Shown: positions 9,368 through 18,165 of the stretch, in pieces
Position numbering within the stretch: position 1 is the stretch's first letter
How the letters are laid out: every line of letters starts with the position of its first letter
Sequence record: NC_073470.1
Direction: 5' to 3' (one strand)
DNA length: 24,000 bases
Source: Microbacterium phage Shocker
Position numbers and translations under genes: made by a program
Notes under the pieces: model-generated
Databases searched by the model: none
The model's input: the letters and a program-made list of their open reading frames with translations, nothing else
Told to the model about the DNA's origin: nothing

Positions 9368-9774
9368 CGCGCGCCTCCAGCAGCACGCAGAGCGGCTCGC
9401 ATGCGGAACAGGAGGCTAGTCCGGACGTGATCAGCCATGCGGTCGAACGATCCTTCGCCGTTGCCTCGCTCGTGGTACTCGCGGGCGGCCGCCTCTACCT
9501 GCGCGTCGGACGGTTCGCCCTGCGGCTCCGGGCTCGGCTGCCAGAACGGGTCAGTCGGATCGGTGTAGTGGCTCATGGGGTCATCGGAGCTCGACTCCGG
9601 TACCTCGGAACGACGGAAGCCAGCAGCCCACAACGCGTCAGCGATTCCGTACCGGAGGCTGAGCACCGGGTGAAGATCAGGCCATGCCTTCTTGACCTCC
9701 GCGAACACGATTTCCGCGATGTCGTTCGACTGCTCGATGCGTGTCCGCTCGTCGTCGGTCGGGGTGTCGCTCAT
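9364..9774 (-). CDS. Hypothetical acidic protein (136 aa)
   Basis: MSDTPTDDERTR..., ATG preceded by AGAGATTGGAGACTCTC; overlaps the next gene by ATGA. Confidence 0.65.
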   Translation of the reverse strand: MSDTPTDDERTRIEQSNDIAEIVFAEVKKAWPDLHPVLSLRYGIADALWAAGFRRSEVPESSSDDPMSHYTDPTDPFWQPSPEPQGEPSDAQVEAAAREYHERGNGEGSFDRMADHVRTSLLFRMRAALRAAGGAR

Positions 9775-9811
9775 GAGAGTCTCCAATCTCTAGGGTATTT
9801 AGGGTAGCGTA

Positions 9812-11845
9812 TCATGACCACCGAGGCTCCTGGTAGGTCGCAAGGAAGAGCTCTTCCTTCACCCGGGCCAACTCCTTCTTCGTGCGGATGAGCTCCAGAT
9901 CCTCATCACTATGCTTCGGCCTATCGGGAGCCGTTACAGCCTCCTCTACAGGTAGATCGAGGTCGATCTTCTCCCCGCCCCAAACCTCGACCTCGACCTG
10001 GAACTTCACCGGGAAGAGGGGCTCCGAAGCACCCGGAGCGCAGATTCCGTTGATGTTGGTCATCATGGCATGGATCTTGTGGGTGTACTCCAGGGCCAGA
10101 TCTTCACGGACTTCGAACACCAGGGCGTCGTGCACCTGGAGGAGGGCTCGACAGTCCTCGTTGTCGAGGTTCTCCATGACGTGCACCCAGACGCGCTCCA
10201 CGATGTCGGCCGCCCCTCCCTGGAGCAGGGCATTCATGGCCTTGTAGCTATCGGAGGTGGAGCGGAAGTGCCGGATGCGACCCGACCAGAGCTTGAGCTT
10301 CTTCGTGTCCTCGACCTTGGCACGGCAGGCCATGTCGAGCTTCCGGAACCGGGGGTACTTCCGGTAGAACATCTCGCGGAGCTCCTTGGCACGCTTCAGC
10401 GAGACGTTGAAGATGTAGGCGATCCGTGCATCCCCTCCGCCGTACTGAGTGGCGTAGACGAAGCTCTTGGTCTTCGACCGCTCCCACCCCAGCTCCTTCG
10501 CCATCTCACTGAAGATGTCGCGGCCTTCGAGGAAGATCTGCTGGAGCTCCGGCTCCTGGGCGTAGGCCACCGCAAGGCGGAGTTCGAGCTGGGAGTAGTC
10601 CGCCGACAGGAGGACATACCCGGGCTTGGCCTTGAAGCACTTCTTGATCCGGTCCTTCCAGGGCTTGTCGCCCTCCTTCGAGATCTGCTGAAGGTTGGGC
10701 GATCGTGAGCTCAGACGGCCTGTGGAGGTGACGTGAGTGGTGTAGCTCGTACGGAGTCTTCCATCCGGCGAAACGAGCTCCTGGTAAGGCCTCAGTAGCA
10801 GTCCCAGGGCCGTACTCCAGCCACGCCAGGCCCGCACGTTGGCGATCCACTGTCGCTCCTCGGGAGAGACGCCCTCACGGTTCTCCAGGATGCGGTCGTA
10901 CTCCTCCAGCACAGCGGCTGTAAAGGAAGGCTTCTGCTTCTCGGGGTCCTTGTCCTTCCCGCCCTCGGTCATCTTGAGCACGGGCAGCCCGAGGATGTCG
11001 AGGAAGATCTTCGGAGCGTCCACGACAGAGGAGGGGTTGAGCCCACCCATTGCTTCGAGCAGATCCTCCTTGGCCTGCACACCCTCGGCCTCCAGCTCAG
11101 CAGCGAGCTCGATGTCCACCTCGATGCCTCGGCGCTTCATCTCCACGAGCACGCGGATGATCTTCTGCTTGTGCTCCCACAGGTCAGCAGGCTGTTCCCG
11201 CCAGCCCGGGTGAGCTACCAGGGCCTCCCACACCTCGTAGGTGGCTTCGGTGTCGCGGCAGGCGTAGTCCCAGATCATCTCCGGGGTGGTGTGAGGCCAG
11301 CCGTTCTCCTTCTGCCACTTCAGAGTGGTGCGGACGCGAGGCTTCTTCTTCCCCTCGTCGTAGATCGCGAACTCCCACTCCTTGATCTTCTGGTGGTCAC
11401 CCTTGACGTATACCCTGTAAAGGGAGTCGAGGTCCTTCTGGAAGGGCCAGTCCTCGCGGACGATGTTCGCCATCGTCTGCACGTCGTAGAACGGGGTCTC
11501 GGAGACACGGATGCCGATGCTCTCCAGGGCCAGGAAGTCGAACTGGCAGTTGGCGTAGATTAGCGGCCTCCCCTGTCGGAGAACGTAGCGCAGCTTCTTC
11601 ACGATCTCGGGTGGGACGTTCTCCCCTACCCAGTGATGCACCGGGATGTAGGCGCTCACGAGCTTGCCCTTGATGCGGGTGGTGAAGCTCACGCCGATCG
11701 CACGGGCTCGGCCGTCATCGACTCGGAGCCCGAAGGCCCCCAGATCACGGGTCCTGCCGGAGGTCTCGGTGTCTACGGCGAGGGGCTGGTCCGGGTGCTC
11801 GTAAAGCCACTGGAGGAACTCAGAGACCCAGGCTAGGTCCTTCAT
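9812..11845 (-). CDS. Family A DNA polymerase (3'-5' exonuclease plus polymerase, no 5' nuclease domain)
   Basis: Exo motif LAVDTETSGR; motif A LLSADYSQLELRLA; motif B RSKTKSFVYATQYGGGD; motif C LLQVHDALVFEV; 677 aa. Confidence 0.97.
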   Translation of the reverse strand: MKDLAWVSEFLQWLYEHPDQPLAVDTETSGRTRDLGAFGLRVDDGRARAIGVSFTTRIKGKLVSAYIPVHHWVGENVPPEIVKKLRYVLRQGRPLIYANCQFDFLALESIGIRVSETPFYDVQTMANIVREDWPFQKDLDSLYRVYVKGDHQKIKEWEFAIYDEGKKKPRVRTTLKWQKENGWPHTTPEMIWDYACRDTEATYEVWEALVAHPGWREQPADLWEHKQKIIRVLVEMKRRGIEVDIELAAELEAEGVQAKEDLLEAMGGLNPSSVVDAPKIFLDILGLPVLKMTEGGKDKDPEKQKPSFTAAVLEEYDRILENREGVSPEERQWIANVRAWRGWSTALGLLLRPYQELVSPDGRLRTSYTTHVTSTGRLSSRSPNLQQISKEGDKPWKDRIKKCFKAKPGYVLLSADYSQLELRLAVAYAQEPELQQIFLEGRDIFSEMAKELGWERSKTKSFVYATQYGGGDARIAYIFNVSLKRAKELREMFYRKYPRFRKLDMACRAKVEDTKKLKLWSGRIRHFRSTSDSYKAMNALLQGGAADIVERVWVHVMENLDNEDCRALLQVHDALVFEVREDLALEYTHKIHAMMTNINGICAPGASEPLFPVKFQVEVEVWGGEKIDLDLPVEEAVTAPDRPKHSDEDLELIRTKKELARVKEELFLATYQEPRWS

Positions 11846-13652
11846 CGTCGTCTCCCTTCTCGGTGAACGCGAGAACCACGTTCTCAGCGATGTCGAAGTG
11901 CAGCTTGTTGTTACGGACCAGCTTTACAGGGTCCGGGATGGCGGAGTACCGGCTCTTGAGCATCGACAGGGTGATGGTCTTCTCCTCCTCGTCGTCGGGA
12001 CGAACTTCGAGGTCCAGGGCGAAGTCGATGGCGGCCGTGATGTAGAAGGAGCCGTAGATGTCGGACTGGTCGTTGGGGCGCTTCTTGCTCGCCGCGTCGT
12101 TGGCCTTCTTCCGGTGGTGGTGGATCACGATGAGGCCGAACTGGAACTTGTTCCGAGCCCACTGGAGGAACTCCATCGCCACCTTCATCTCCTTGTCGGA
12201 GCTGAGGTCCGCGTTGACCATGTGGCTCATCGAGTCGATGATGATGACCTCAGGCTTGATCTTTTCGATCAGGGCCTCGAAGTAGACCTGGCCCGCCTCC
12301 TCATCGAGGGGCAGCTTCTCACCCTTCGCGTACACCACGAGGTTCTCCTCGGGGAGGTCCGGGTAGCGGTCGTGCAGCGGCACCATGATGTGCGGGAGCT
12401 GGTACTTGTTCATCTCCAGCGAGAGCACCAGGACCTTGAGCTTTTCGCCCGGGAGCTCCCGCCCGAGGAATGAGGCTCGGCCAGAGGCCAGGTCAGCTCC
12501 GAGCTGGCACGCGAGCTGTGTCTTGCCGACACCTGGGCGGCCGGTGAAGAGGCCGAAGCCCCGGGGCACGAGGAGGCCCTCCACGAGCCAGTCGTCGATG
12601 TCGATGATGTTCGCGAGCTCCTTGACCGAGAAGAGGATCTGGTCGTTGTCGCTCTCCTCGACCTTCTGCACAGCTCCGAGCGCACGGGCGAGACCTTCCA
12701 GCTCACTGTCGGGCTCGTAGCCGATCTTCGCTCGGGCACGGTTGATGAGGTCCGCGAGGATACGCCCGCGGCTGGGACGGCCGACGTACTTCTGCCAGCG
12801 ATCGTCGGCGTCGAGCAGTACCGCCATGATCTGCTCGTCGGACCACCCGTGCTCGGCTCCCTCGTAGGCGAGACGCTGGAGCGCCCCGGAGCGGTCACGC
12901 CCCGCGTGCTGCATCTCCGCTCCCGAGGTCTGGAATAGGGCCAGGAGCTCGTCATCCCACTTCCCCTTAGCGAGGACCTCCTCGATGTCCGGGAGGTCGT
13001 CAGAGAGCTCCACGGAGGCTCGGATGACATCCTTCGGCTTCGGCACCCTGTCGAAGTCAGAGACCTCGTAGGAGCGGTCAGTGCGGTTCTTCAGGATCTT
13101 GGCGGTGATCGGCTTCACAGTACCGCCATGCGTCTTGATCTCTTGACCGCGGGTGTTGTACTTCCGGTTGACCGTGTGCGGAGGCCGGAGGAACTGGTTG
13201 GCATCCCACCCCGACAGGTCAGCGCCGAGCGCATAGGCGAGCGATCGGTTGATGTCCTGGAGCTGCTTCGGGCCGACGAACTCCTTGAGCTCCCAGTAGA
13301 CGTGTCGCTTCTGACTCGTGCTGCTCTGGATCTCGACAGTGGGCAGCGGAGCGATCTCCTCCGGCCAGGTCGTCGGGGCGTTGCCATCGAAGTCTACCCA
13401 GGCGTACCAGGACCCCAGCACGTTCTCCTGGAGGGGCTTCCGGCTCTTGTAGATGGCCGGAGAGTAGAAGACCTCGGCGGACTCGTTGGCAGCCCACTTC
13501 AGGACGTGGTTGACGATCTCTTCAGCCTTCCGCGGCCACGGGATCATGAACTTGCGGAGGCCCTCCCTGCTCTTTACAGGCAGGTAGACGTAGCCCTCGG
13601 TGTCCCCCCAGATCTGCTCGAAGAACTCCATGAGCTCCGCACGGACGCTCAT
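11820..13652 (-). CDS. Primase (AEP/RepB-like)-RecA-like helicase fusion (610 aa)
   Basis: N-terminal AWVDFDG (DxD-like), QKRHVYWEL (sxH-like), DANQFLRPPHTVNRK; C-terminal Walker A LFTGRPGVGKTQLA, Walker B-like KVLVLSLE and IIIDSMSH. Confidence 0.85.
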   Translation of the reverse strand: MSVRAELMEFFEQIWGDTEGYVYLPVKSREGLRKFMIPWPRKAEEIVNHVLKWAANESAEVFYSPAIYKSRKPLQENVLGSWYAWVDFDGNAPTTWPEEIAPLPTVEIQSSTSQKRHVYWELKEFVGPKQLQDINRSLAYALGADLSGWDANQFLRPPHTVNRKYNTRGQEIKTHGGTVKPITAKILKNRTDRSYEVSDFDRVPKPKDVIRASVELSDDLPDIEEVLAKGKWDDELLALFQTSGAEMQHAGRDRSGALQRLAYEGAEHGWSDEQIMAVLLDADDRWQKYVGRPSRGRILADLINRARAKIGYEPDSELEGLARALGAVQKVEESDNDQILFSVKELANIIDIDDWLVEGLLVPRGFGLFTGRPGVGKTQLACQLGADLASGRASFLGRELPGEKLKVLVLSLEMNKYQLPHIMVPLHDRYPDLPEENLVVYAKGEKLPLDEEAGQVYFEALIEKIKPEVIIIDSMSHMVNADLSSDKEMKVAMEFLQWARNKFQFGLIVIHHHRKKANDAASKKRPNDQSDIYGSFYITAAIDFALDLEVRPDDEEEKTITLSMLKSRYSAIPDPVKLVRNNKLHFDIAENVVLAFTEKGDDDEGPSLGL

Positions 13653-13933
13653 TCGTCATCACCATCCTGATGCAGCATGTGGATGCTGTGCTCGGCGGCG
13701 GCCCTGGCGATGGCGTTCTCCACCATCCACTCCCACTCCTCCTCGGAGAGGCGGGTCCACGACACGGAGGGCTGGCCGATCGAGACGCCGAACACCTCGA
13801 CATCCTTGACCTCGACGCTCTCCAGGCCAGTGCGCTCCAGGTCCGAGACGAGCTGGAGAACGTCCGGGACACTGTAAAGGTTGAGGTCTTGCCTCATCGA
13901 CCACAGATACCCTATGATGTCCATTGTAGGCAT
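13649..13933 (-). CDS. Small hypothetical protein (94 aa) upstream of the primase-helicase
   Basis: AGGAGGAGACCTTTACATG places a good Shine-Dalgarno before the ATG at 13933; ATGA overlap with the primase-helicase start. Confidence 0.65.
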   Translation of the reverse strand: MPTMDIIGYLWSMRQDLNLYSVPDVLQLVSDLERTGLESVEVKDVEVFGVSIGQPSVSWTRLSEEEWEWMVENAIARAAAEHSIHMLHQDGDDE

Positions 13934-13968
13934 GTAAAGGTCTCCTCCTGTTCTTAGCCTCACGCGAT

Positions 13969-14005
13969 GAGAAGGCCCCCTGGCTCACCACCGGGGGGCC
14001 TTCTC
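13969..14005. terminator. Intrinsic-type hairpin downstream of the SSB-like gene
   Basis: Perfect 12-bp inverted repeat GAGAAGGCCCCC (13969-13980) / GGGGGCCTTCTC (13994-14005). Confidence 0.7.
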
Positions 14006-14011
14006 GTTGAC

Positions 14012-14608
14012 TCACCCGAAGGGGTTGTCGTTGTCCTCGTCGTCGGCCGGGGCCGAGCGACGCGAACGGGCCGGAGCCTTCTTCGCCGGAGCTGCCTTCT
14101 CCTCGCGAGCCGCACGCTTCGCGGCGACGCGCTTCTTGATGTCGGCGTCCGACTCCTCGGGCTCCTCGGTCTCCTCCTCAGCTTCCGCCTCGTCCAGGTT
14201 GGCCTTGAAGTTCCGGATGTTCTGGTACTCCTTGTTGTCCTTGCCCTTGGTCGTGACGAGCTGGAAGGTGCCGGTGATGCCCTCCAGGTCCTCGGGCTCG
14301 ATGCTGTTCAGCTCCGAAGCCGGGACGCCGAGGCTCAGCAGCCGCTCCTTGAGGTAGCCGAGGCTCCGCTTCGCGTTGCTGTGCTGGGAGTCACCGTTCA
14401 CCGCGAGGGTGAACCACTCCCAGTACGTCCCCGCCTCGTCCAGGTCGTACTTGATGATGAAGAAGGTGTCGTCGGGCTTGTTCTTGGAGCCGTTCTGACG
14501 CAGCGCCTCGCTGATCTCCCACTCGTAGTAGTCGTCCGGGATCTTGGCGAACCCGGTCGCAGCCTCCACGTCGTCCATGTCGATGTCGAAATCGTCAAAG
14601 AGTCCCAT
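14012..14608 (-). CDS. Putative single-stranded DNA-binding protein-like (198 aa, acidic/AP-rich tail)
   Basis: MGLFDDFDIDMDDVEAATGFAKIPDDYYEWEISEAL...; C-terminus ...SAPADDEDNDNPFG; sits among replication/recombination genes; resembles phage SSB-like proteins encoded next to Sak4-type ATPases. Confidence 0.6.
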   Translation of the reverse strand: MGLFDDFDIDMDDVEAATGFAKIPDDYYEWEISEALRQNGSKNKPDDTFFIIKYDLDEAGTYWEWFTLAVNGDSQHSNAKRSLGYLKERLLSLGVPASELNSIEPEDLEGITGTFQLVTTKGKDNKEYQNIRNFKANLDEAEAEEETEEPEESDADIKKRVAAKRAAREEKAAPAKKAPARSRRSAPADDEDNDNPFG

Positions 14609-14781
14609 GTTCTCGTTCCTGTCTTGTCGTCGTGCTGATGGTGGCCCAGCGAGTGCTGGGACCGCGCCCCGCCTGGACTTGAACCAGGATCTTCCGCGTA
14701 CGTCGGTCGTTGCCATATAACCGGGGCCGCTGATTGGAGATGCATCTCCCCGTCAGCTCGGAGTCTATGTAGTTGAGGGGT

Positions 14782-14816
14782 GCTCCCTGTCGGAGCGGCG
14801 GACTCCGACAGGGAGC
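14782..14816. terminator. Strong stem-loop upstream of the SSB-like gene
   Basis: Perfect 14-bp stem GCTCCCTGTCGGAG / CTCCGACAGGGAGC with the 7-nt loop CGGCGGA. Confidence 0.6.
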
Positions 14817-14860
14817 TCGGCTGAGGGCGGCAACCCTAGCCTCGGCGGTGCGCTTCCCGC

Positions 14861-15766
14861 CTAGTCTTCATCGTCTCCCACCTCGAAGTCCTCGTCGTCC
14901 TCCTCCGGGTCCTCCGAGGCCACCTGAGCTTCGGCGGCTGCCGTGTCGCTCACCATGCGCTCGGTGTCATTGACCCAGGCAGCCACGTCCTTCACGAACG
15001 GTACTGCATCGAGCTTCACCGGCATACCCCCGATCCGGGTCTTGGAGTCCACATAGCGCGTCGGCTGCACCTGGATCTCGGTGGTGTACTCCTGCTTCTT
15101 GGTCTCCTGGTTGCGCACCAAGCGGCTCTCGAAGCGAGCGACGACGTGAGCGATCTGCCCGATGTTCTGGCTGAGCTTGGACCCCAGGGCGGGCTCGATG
15201 CGCTCGGCGTTCTTGTCGCCCTTGATCGCACGGCTCTGCTCGTGAGAGATCATGATGAGGTGCAGGTCCGGGACCTTGTGGAAGGTCTTGATGGCGTTGA
15301 AGATCGCAGCCTGGGGAGGGCCGTAGTCGTTCCATTCGGCCTTCGGGAGGGGCTGATCCTCATCGACCCCGTGCGTCTCACGGATGTAGCTGTTGAGCGC
15401 GTCGTTGTACCACGAGGAGATCTCATCGAGGACCACCACGCTCACATCCTCGAAGCCCTTCTCCTGGTTGAGCAGCGCCCGGGCAATGACCATGAGCTCG
15501 GCCGGGTCATCGACACGGAGGTAGTCCGTGCCCTGCTTGAGCTTCGGGAAGTTGTCGAGCGACACCCAGCCGTCCGAGCTGTCCACGAAGAGGATGCGCC
15601 CGTCGCCCCGGAGCTTCTGCGCGAGCCCCATGCTCGTCACGGTCTTCCGGGTGCCCTTGCCCCCGTAGTGGAGCCCCACATAGTCCTTCGGGATCTCCTG
15701 GTGGTCCATGTCCACCATGCGATCGAGCACGGTCTTGAGCCGCTGCTTCGGTGTGTTGCCAGCCAT
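14861..15766 (-). CDS. RecA/Sak4-like P-loop ATPase (301 aa)
   Basis: GGKGTRKTVTSMGLAQKLRGDGRILFVDSSDGW, Walker B VVVLDEISSWYND, LHLIMISHEQSRAIKGDK; acidic C-terminus; ATG overlaps the upstream stop (TGATG). Confidence 0.75.
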   Translation of the reverse strand: MAGNTPKQRLKTVLDRMVDMDHQEIPKDYVGLHYGGKGTRKTVTSMGLAQKLRGDGRILFVDSSDGWVSLDNFPKLKQGTDYLRVDDPAELMVIARALLNQEKGFEDVSVVVLDEISSWYNDALNSYIRETHGVDEDQPLPKAEWNDYGPPQAAIFNAIKTFHKVPDLHLIMISHEQSRAIKGDKNAERIEPALGSKLSQNIGQIAHVVARFESRLVRNQETKKQEYTTEIQVQPTRYVDSKTRIGGMPVKLDAVPFVKDVAAWVNDTERMVSDTAAAEAQVASEDPEEDDEDFEVGDDED

Positions 15767-15909
15767 CAGTAGCCCCTCATTCCTGCATGGTGAAGGCTCT
15801 TGTTCAGGATGGTGTGGAAGAGCCAGGCCTGCCACTTGCGACGGAACACCACCTCAGTCTCGAAGTGCCCGTCCTCATAGAGGAACACGGTCGGCTTGTC
15901 AGGTCTCAT
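15766..15909 (-). CDS. Small protein (47 aa) MRPDKPTVFLYEDGHFETEVVFRRKWQAWLFHTILNKSLHHAGMRGY
   Basis: Absent from the supplied ORF track because of length; AAGGAGATAGCGAG Shine-Dalgarno, TGATG coupling to the ATPase gene. Confidence 0.65.
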   Translation of the reverse strand: MRPDKPTVFLYEDGHFETEVVFRRKWQAWLFHTILNKSLHHAGMRGY

Positions 15910-15954
15910 CTCGCTATCTCCTTGTCGTCGTTCGTCGTGCGTCATCTTAGGGTA

Positions 15955-16995
15955 TCAGGTGCCTTCGACATCGGGCGAGACCTCGATCTTCGCCCGCTTC
16001 TTCTTCGGCTCGTACTCGGTGCGGAGCAGGATGGCTGTGTTGCCGCCGCGGAGCTCCTCGACACAGAGATCTCGGAAGTCACAGATCCGGTTGCAGATGT
16101 CCTTGTTGTTGACCCGCAGCGCTCGGAGGTCCCGCTCCTCGGGGTCCAGGCTGTCGAGCTCGTGCACGATGCGGGAGGCCGACACCTGCTCCAGGAAGGA
16201 GCGCTGCACGCGGGTGGCAGAGATGTCGAAGGACATCGCCTGTGCCCACTCGCTCAGCGGGCGCTCCTTGGTCTTCGGGGCGGGCCGGGTCCGCAGCATG
16301 TTGTAGACCCCGTAGTTTCCCACCTTATAGCCCAGCGCCCGGAGAGCCCCGATGTACTTCGGGATCTGAGGCATGAGCTGGGTGTCCTCGTACCTGTAAA
16401 GGTCGTAGACCCCCTTGTTGTCCACGACGATCGTGTAGCCGTCCGGGTCCTTCATGATGAGGTCGATCACGAAGGGGTACTGGGCGTTGGTCTCGTCGTC
16501 CCAGACCAGGCTGAACTCCTTCTCGACAGCCATCACGAGCCACTGGCGGCTGTCATCCTCACGCCAGGCGTTGTCGATGAACGGCTCATGCTCCAGATAC
16601 TTCTCGATGATGAGCCGGAGGGGAGCTCGCTTGTCGCTGTCCTGGAAGCCCTCGGCGTAGATCTCATCCACTCGGGCCAGGGCCTTCTTGACCCCCTCGG
16701 GGTACGCCTCTCGCTGGGCCTTCTTGCTCATGCCAGCTTCGAGGACGTGCCTGTAAAGGGCCTCCAGGACAGAGTGGATCGCGGTGCCGAGGGCGAGCGC
16801 CGTGCTCGTCTCGATCTTCTGGAGCTTGCGGCCGTAGCCGTAGTACTCCTGGCGAGCACACCGGAGGAACGCCTCGACACGGGAGTGGCTGACGCTGAGA
16901 TCCTTGACGTGCAGGCAGGCACACGAGCCGCTGCACTTGTCGTGGTCACCGTCCATGCAGTAGAGGCAGATGGTGGTGGGCTCAGTTGAGCTCAC
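15955..16995 (-). CDS. PD-(D/E)XK family nuclease (RecB/Cas4-like exonuclease)
   Basis: LSVSHSRVEAFLRCARQEYYGY, ALGTAIHSVLEALYR, VIDLIMKDPDGYTIVVDNKG...QLMPQIPKYIGAL; Cys-rich N-terminus CLYCMDGDHDKCSGSCAC. GTG start overlapping the upstream stop. Confidence 0.85.
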   Translation of the reverse strand: MSSTEPTTICLYCMDGDHDKCSGSCACLHVKDLSVSHSRVEAFLRCARQEYYGYGRKLQKIETSTALALGTAIHSVLEALYRHVLEAGMSKKAQREAYPEGVKKALARVDEIYAEGFQDSDKRAPLRLIIEKYLEHEPFIDNAWREDDSRQWLVMAVEKEFSLVWDDETNAQYPFVIDLIMKDPDGYTIVVDNKGVYDLYRYEDTQLMPQIPKYIGALRALGYKVGNYGVYNMLRTRPAPKTKERPLSEWAQAMSFDISATRVQRSFLEQVSASRIVHELDSLDPEERDLRALRVNNKDICNRICDFRDLCVEELRGGNTAILLRTEYEPKKKRAKIEVSPDVEGT

Positions 16996-17125
16996 GGGAG
17001 ATCACCCCCCGCTTGCCGTCCTTGTGCAGGCGGCGGAGCTTGATGCCGCGCTTCTTCTTGGCGAGCTTCGAAGTCTGCCGGGATCGGGCCTTGGCCTTGT
17101 GAGTGGGCCACACGATCGATGCCAT
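16982..17125 (-). CDS. Small basic protein (47 aa) MASIVWPTHKAKARSRQTSKLAKKKRGIKLRRLHKDGKRGVISRELN
   Basis: GGAGGAG Shine-Dalgarno, TGATG coupling to the upstream ORF, overlaps the nuclease start; not in the ORF track. Confidence 0.6.
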   Translation of the reverse strand: MASIVWPTHKAKARSRQTSKLAKKKRGIKLRRLHKDGKRGVISRELN

Positions 17126-17253
17126 CAGAACTCCTCCACTGTGATCTGGACGTGCTGGTGGTTGATGGTAGCGACGATCTCCCCCGTGGGGTTGATCTCA
17201 GCCGGGATCTCGGCCTCACTGAGGAGCCGATGCACAACTTCGGTGGGGGTCAT
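17125..17253 (-). CDS. Small protein (42 aa) MTPTEVVHRLLSEAEIPAEINPTGEIVATINHQHVQITVEEF
   Basis: ATGA overlap with the upstream HNH gene and TGATG with the downstream gene; preceded by GAGATTGGAGACTCTGA. Confidence 0.6.
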   Translation of the reverse strand: MTPTEVVHRLLSEAEIPAEINPTGEIVATINHQHVQITVEEF

Positions 17254-18017
17254 TCAGAGTCTCCAATCTCTGCGAATGGGGAGTCCGGGAACGGGTTCTC
17301 CTCCATGATTAGGGTAGCAGGCTCAGCAGGCATGGGCAACGCCTTCCGAGCCGTCTCGGGGGGAACGAAGGGGTAGTCCCCTCGATCCTTTACAGGCAGC
17401 TCCCACCACTGCTCCGCGAGCTCCCACTCTTCATCTGTAAAGGCGGTCTGCGGGTCGTGGAGGTAGTAGACCTCGACAGGGAGGAACGGCGTGCTCGCGT
17501 TGGCAGGCCTGCCCTTCGGGTCGTAGAAGGGGTCGTTGATGGCGTGCCAGCGGGTGTGACAGACCGTGCAGATGCCGTGCAGGTTGAGCCCTGGCGTGTT
17601 GTTGAGCACGTTCTTGTCGGGTCCGTGATGACGGTGCCCCACCTCGTCGTAGCCCTTCTCGCGGGCGTCCTCGGTCTTCTTGGCCTCGGTGATCGTGTTG
17701 CCCTGGCAGCCGAGAATCGGGATGACTCCGCCCCCGGCGTGCTTGAGTCCTGCCCAGTCGCACACGCGGCCTTCGAGGAAGGGCATCACCATCGCTGCTC
17801 GCTTGCGGCCGGTGCTCTTCACATCGGTCACCTGATCTGGATCGAGCAGAGGTCGTCCGGCCTGGCCCTTCGGCTTGTCGGACGCCTCGATCGAGGTGAA
17901 CGCCGCGATGCACGGGATGATCCATTCGGGATGCCCCACCACCGTGTCGGGGTTCTGGCACTCCTCGGGGATGCCCGCAGCACACGCGGGGCACAGCTTG
18001 GTCTGGAACTCACTCAT
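17250..18017 (-). CDS. HNH-like nuclease / zinc-binding protein (255 aa)
   Basis: N-terminal CPACAAGIPEECQNP and GYDEVGHRHHGPDKNVLNNTPGLNLHGICTVCHTRWHAIND (H...N...CxxCHxxWH). Confidence 0.7.
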   Translation of the reverse strand: MSEFQTKLCPACAAGIPEECQNPDTVVGHPEWIIPCIAAFTSIEASDKPKGQAGRPLLDPDQVTDVKSTGRKRAAMVMPFLEGRVCDWAGLKHAGGGVIPILGCQGNTITEAKKTEDAREKGYDEVGHRHHGPDKNVLNNTPGLNLHGICTVCHTRWHAINDPFYDPKGRPANASTPFLPVEVYYLHDPQTAFTDEEWELAEQWWELPVKDRGDYPFVPPETARKALPMPAEPATLIMEENPFPDSPFAEIGDSE

Positions 18018-18165
18018 GGCGCTCGCTCCCCAGGATGTCGTAGTCGATACCTTTCCCCTTGAGGTACTTCTCTCGCAGCCTCTTCTGCTCCTCGTGGGTA
18101 CGATTGACGACCTTCATCAAAGCCGTCTTGCCGCTCTGCCTGGGCCAGATCTGGAACTCGCTCAC
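18010..18165 (-). CDS. Small hypothetical protein (51 aa), VSEFQIWPRQSGKTALMKVVNRTHEEQKRLREKYLKGKGIDYDILGSERHE
   Basis: GTG start overlapping the helicase stop (GTGA), overlaps the HNH gene start; GGGAGA upstream; not in the ORF track. Confidence 0.55.
   Translation of the reverse strand: MSEFQIWPRQSGKTALMKVVNRTHEEQKRLREKYLKGKGIDYDILGSERHE

Noticed and set aside
14665-14729. Functional tRNA gene on the - strand
   Set aside because: T-arm and partial acceptor stem present, but the intervening segment is too short and lacks a valid anticodon arm; kept only as a remnant-type finding.
15751-16989. 412-aa ORF on the + strand
   Set aside because: Mirrors the PD-(D/E)XK nuclease gene, which has recognisable motifs; the + strand protein does not.
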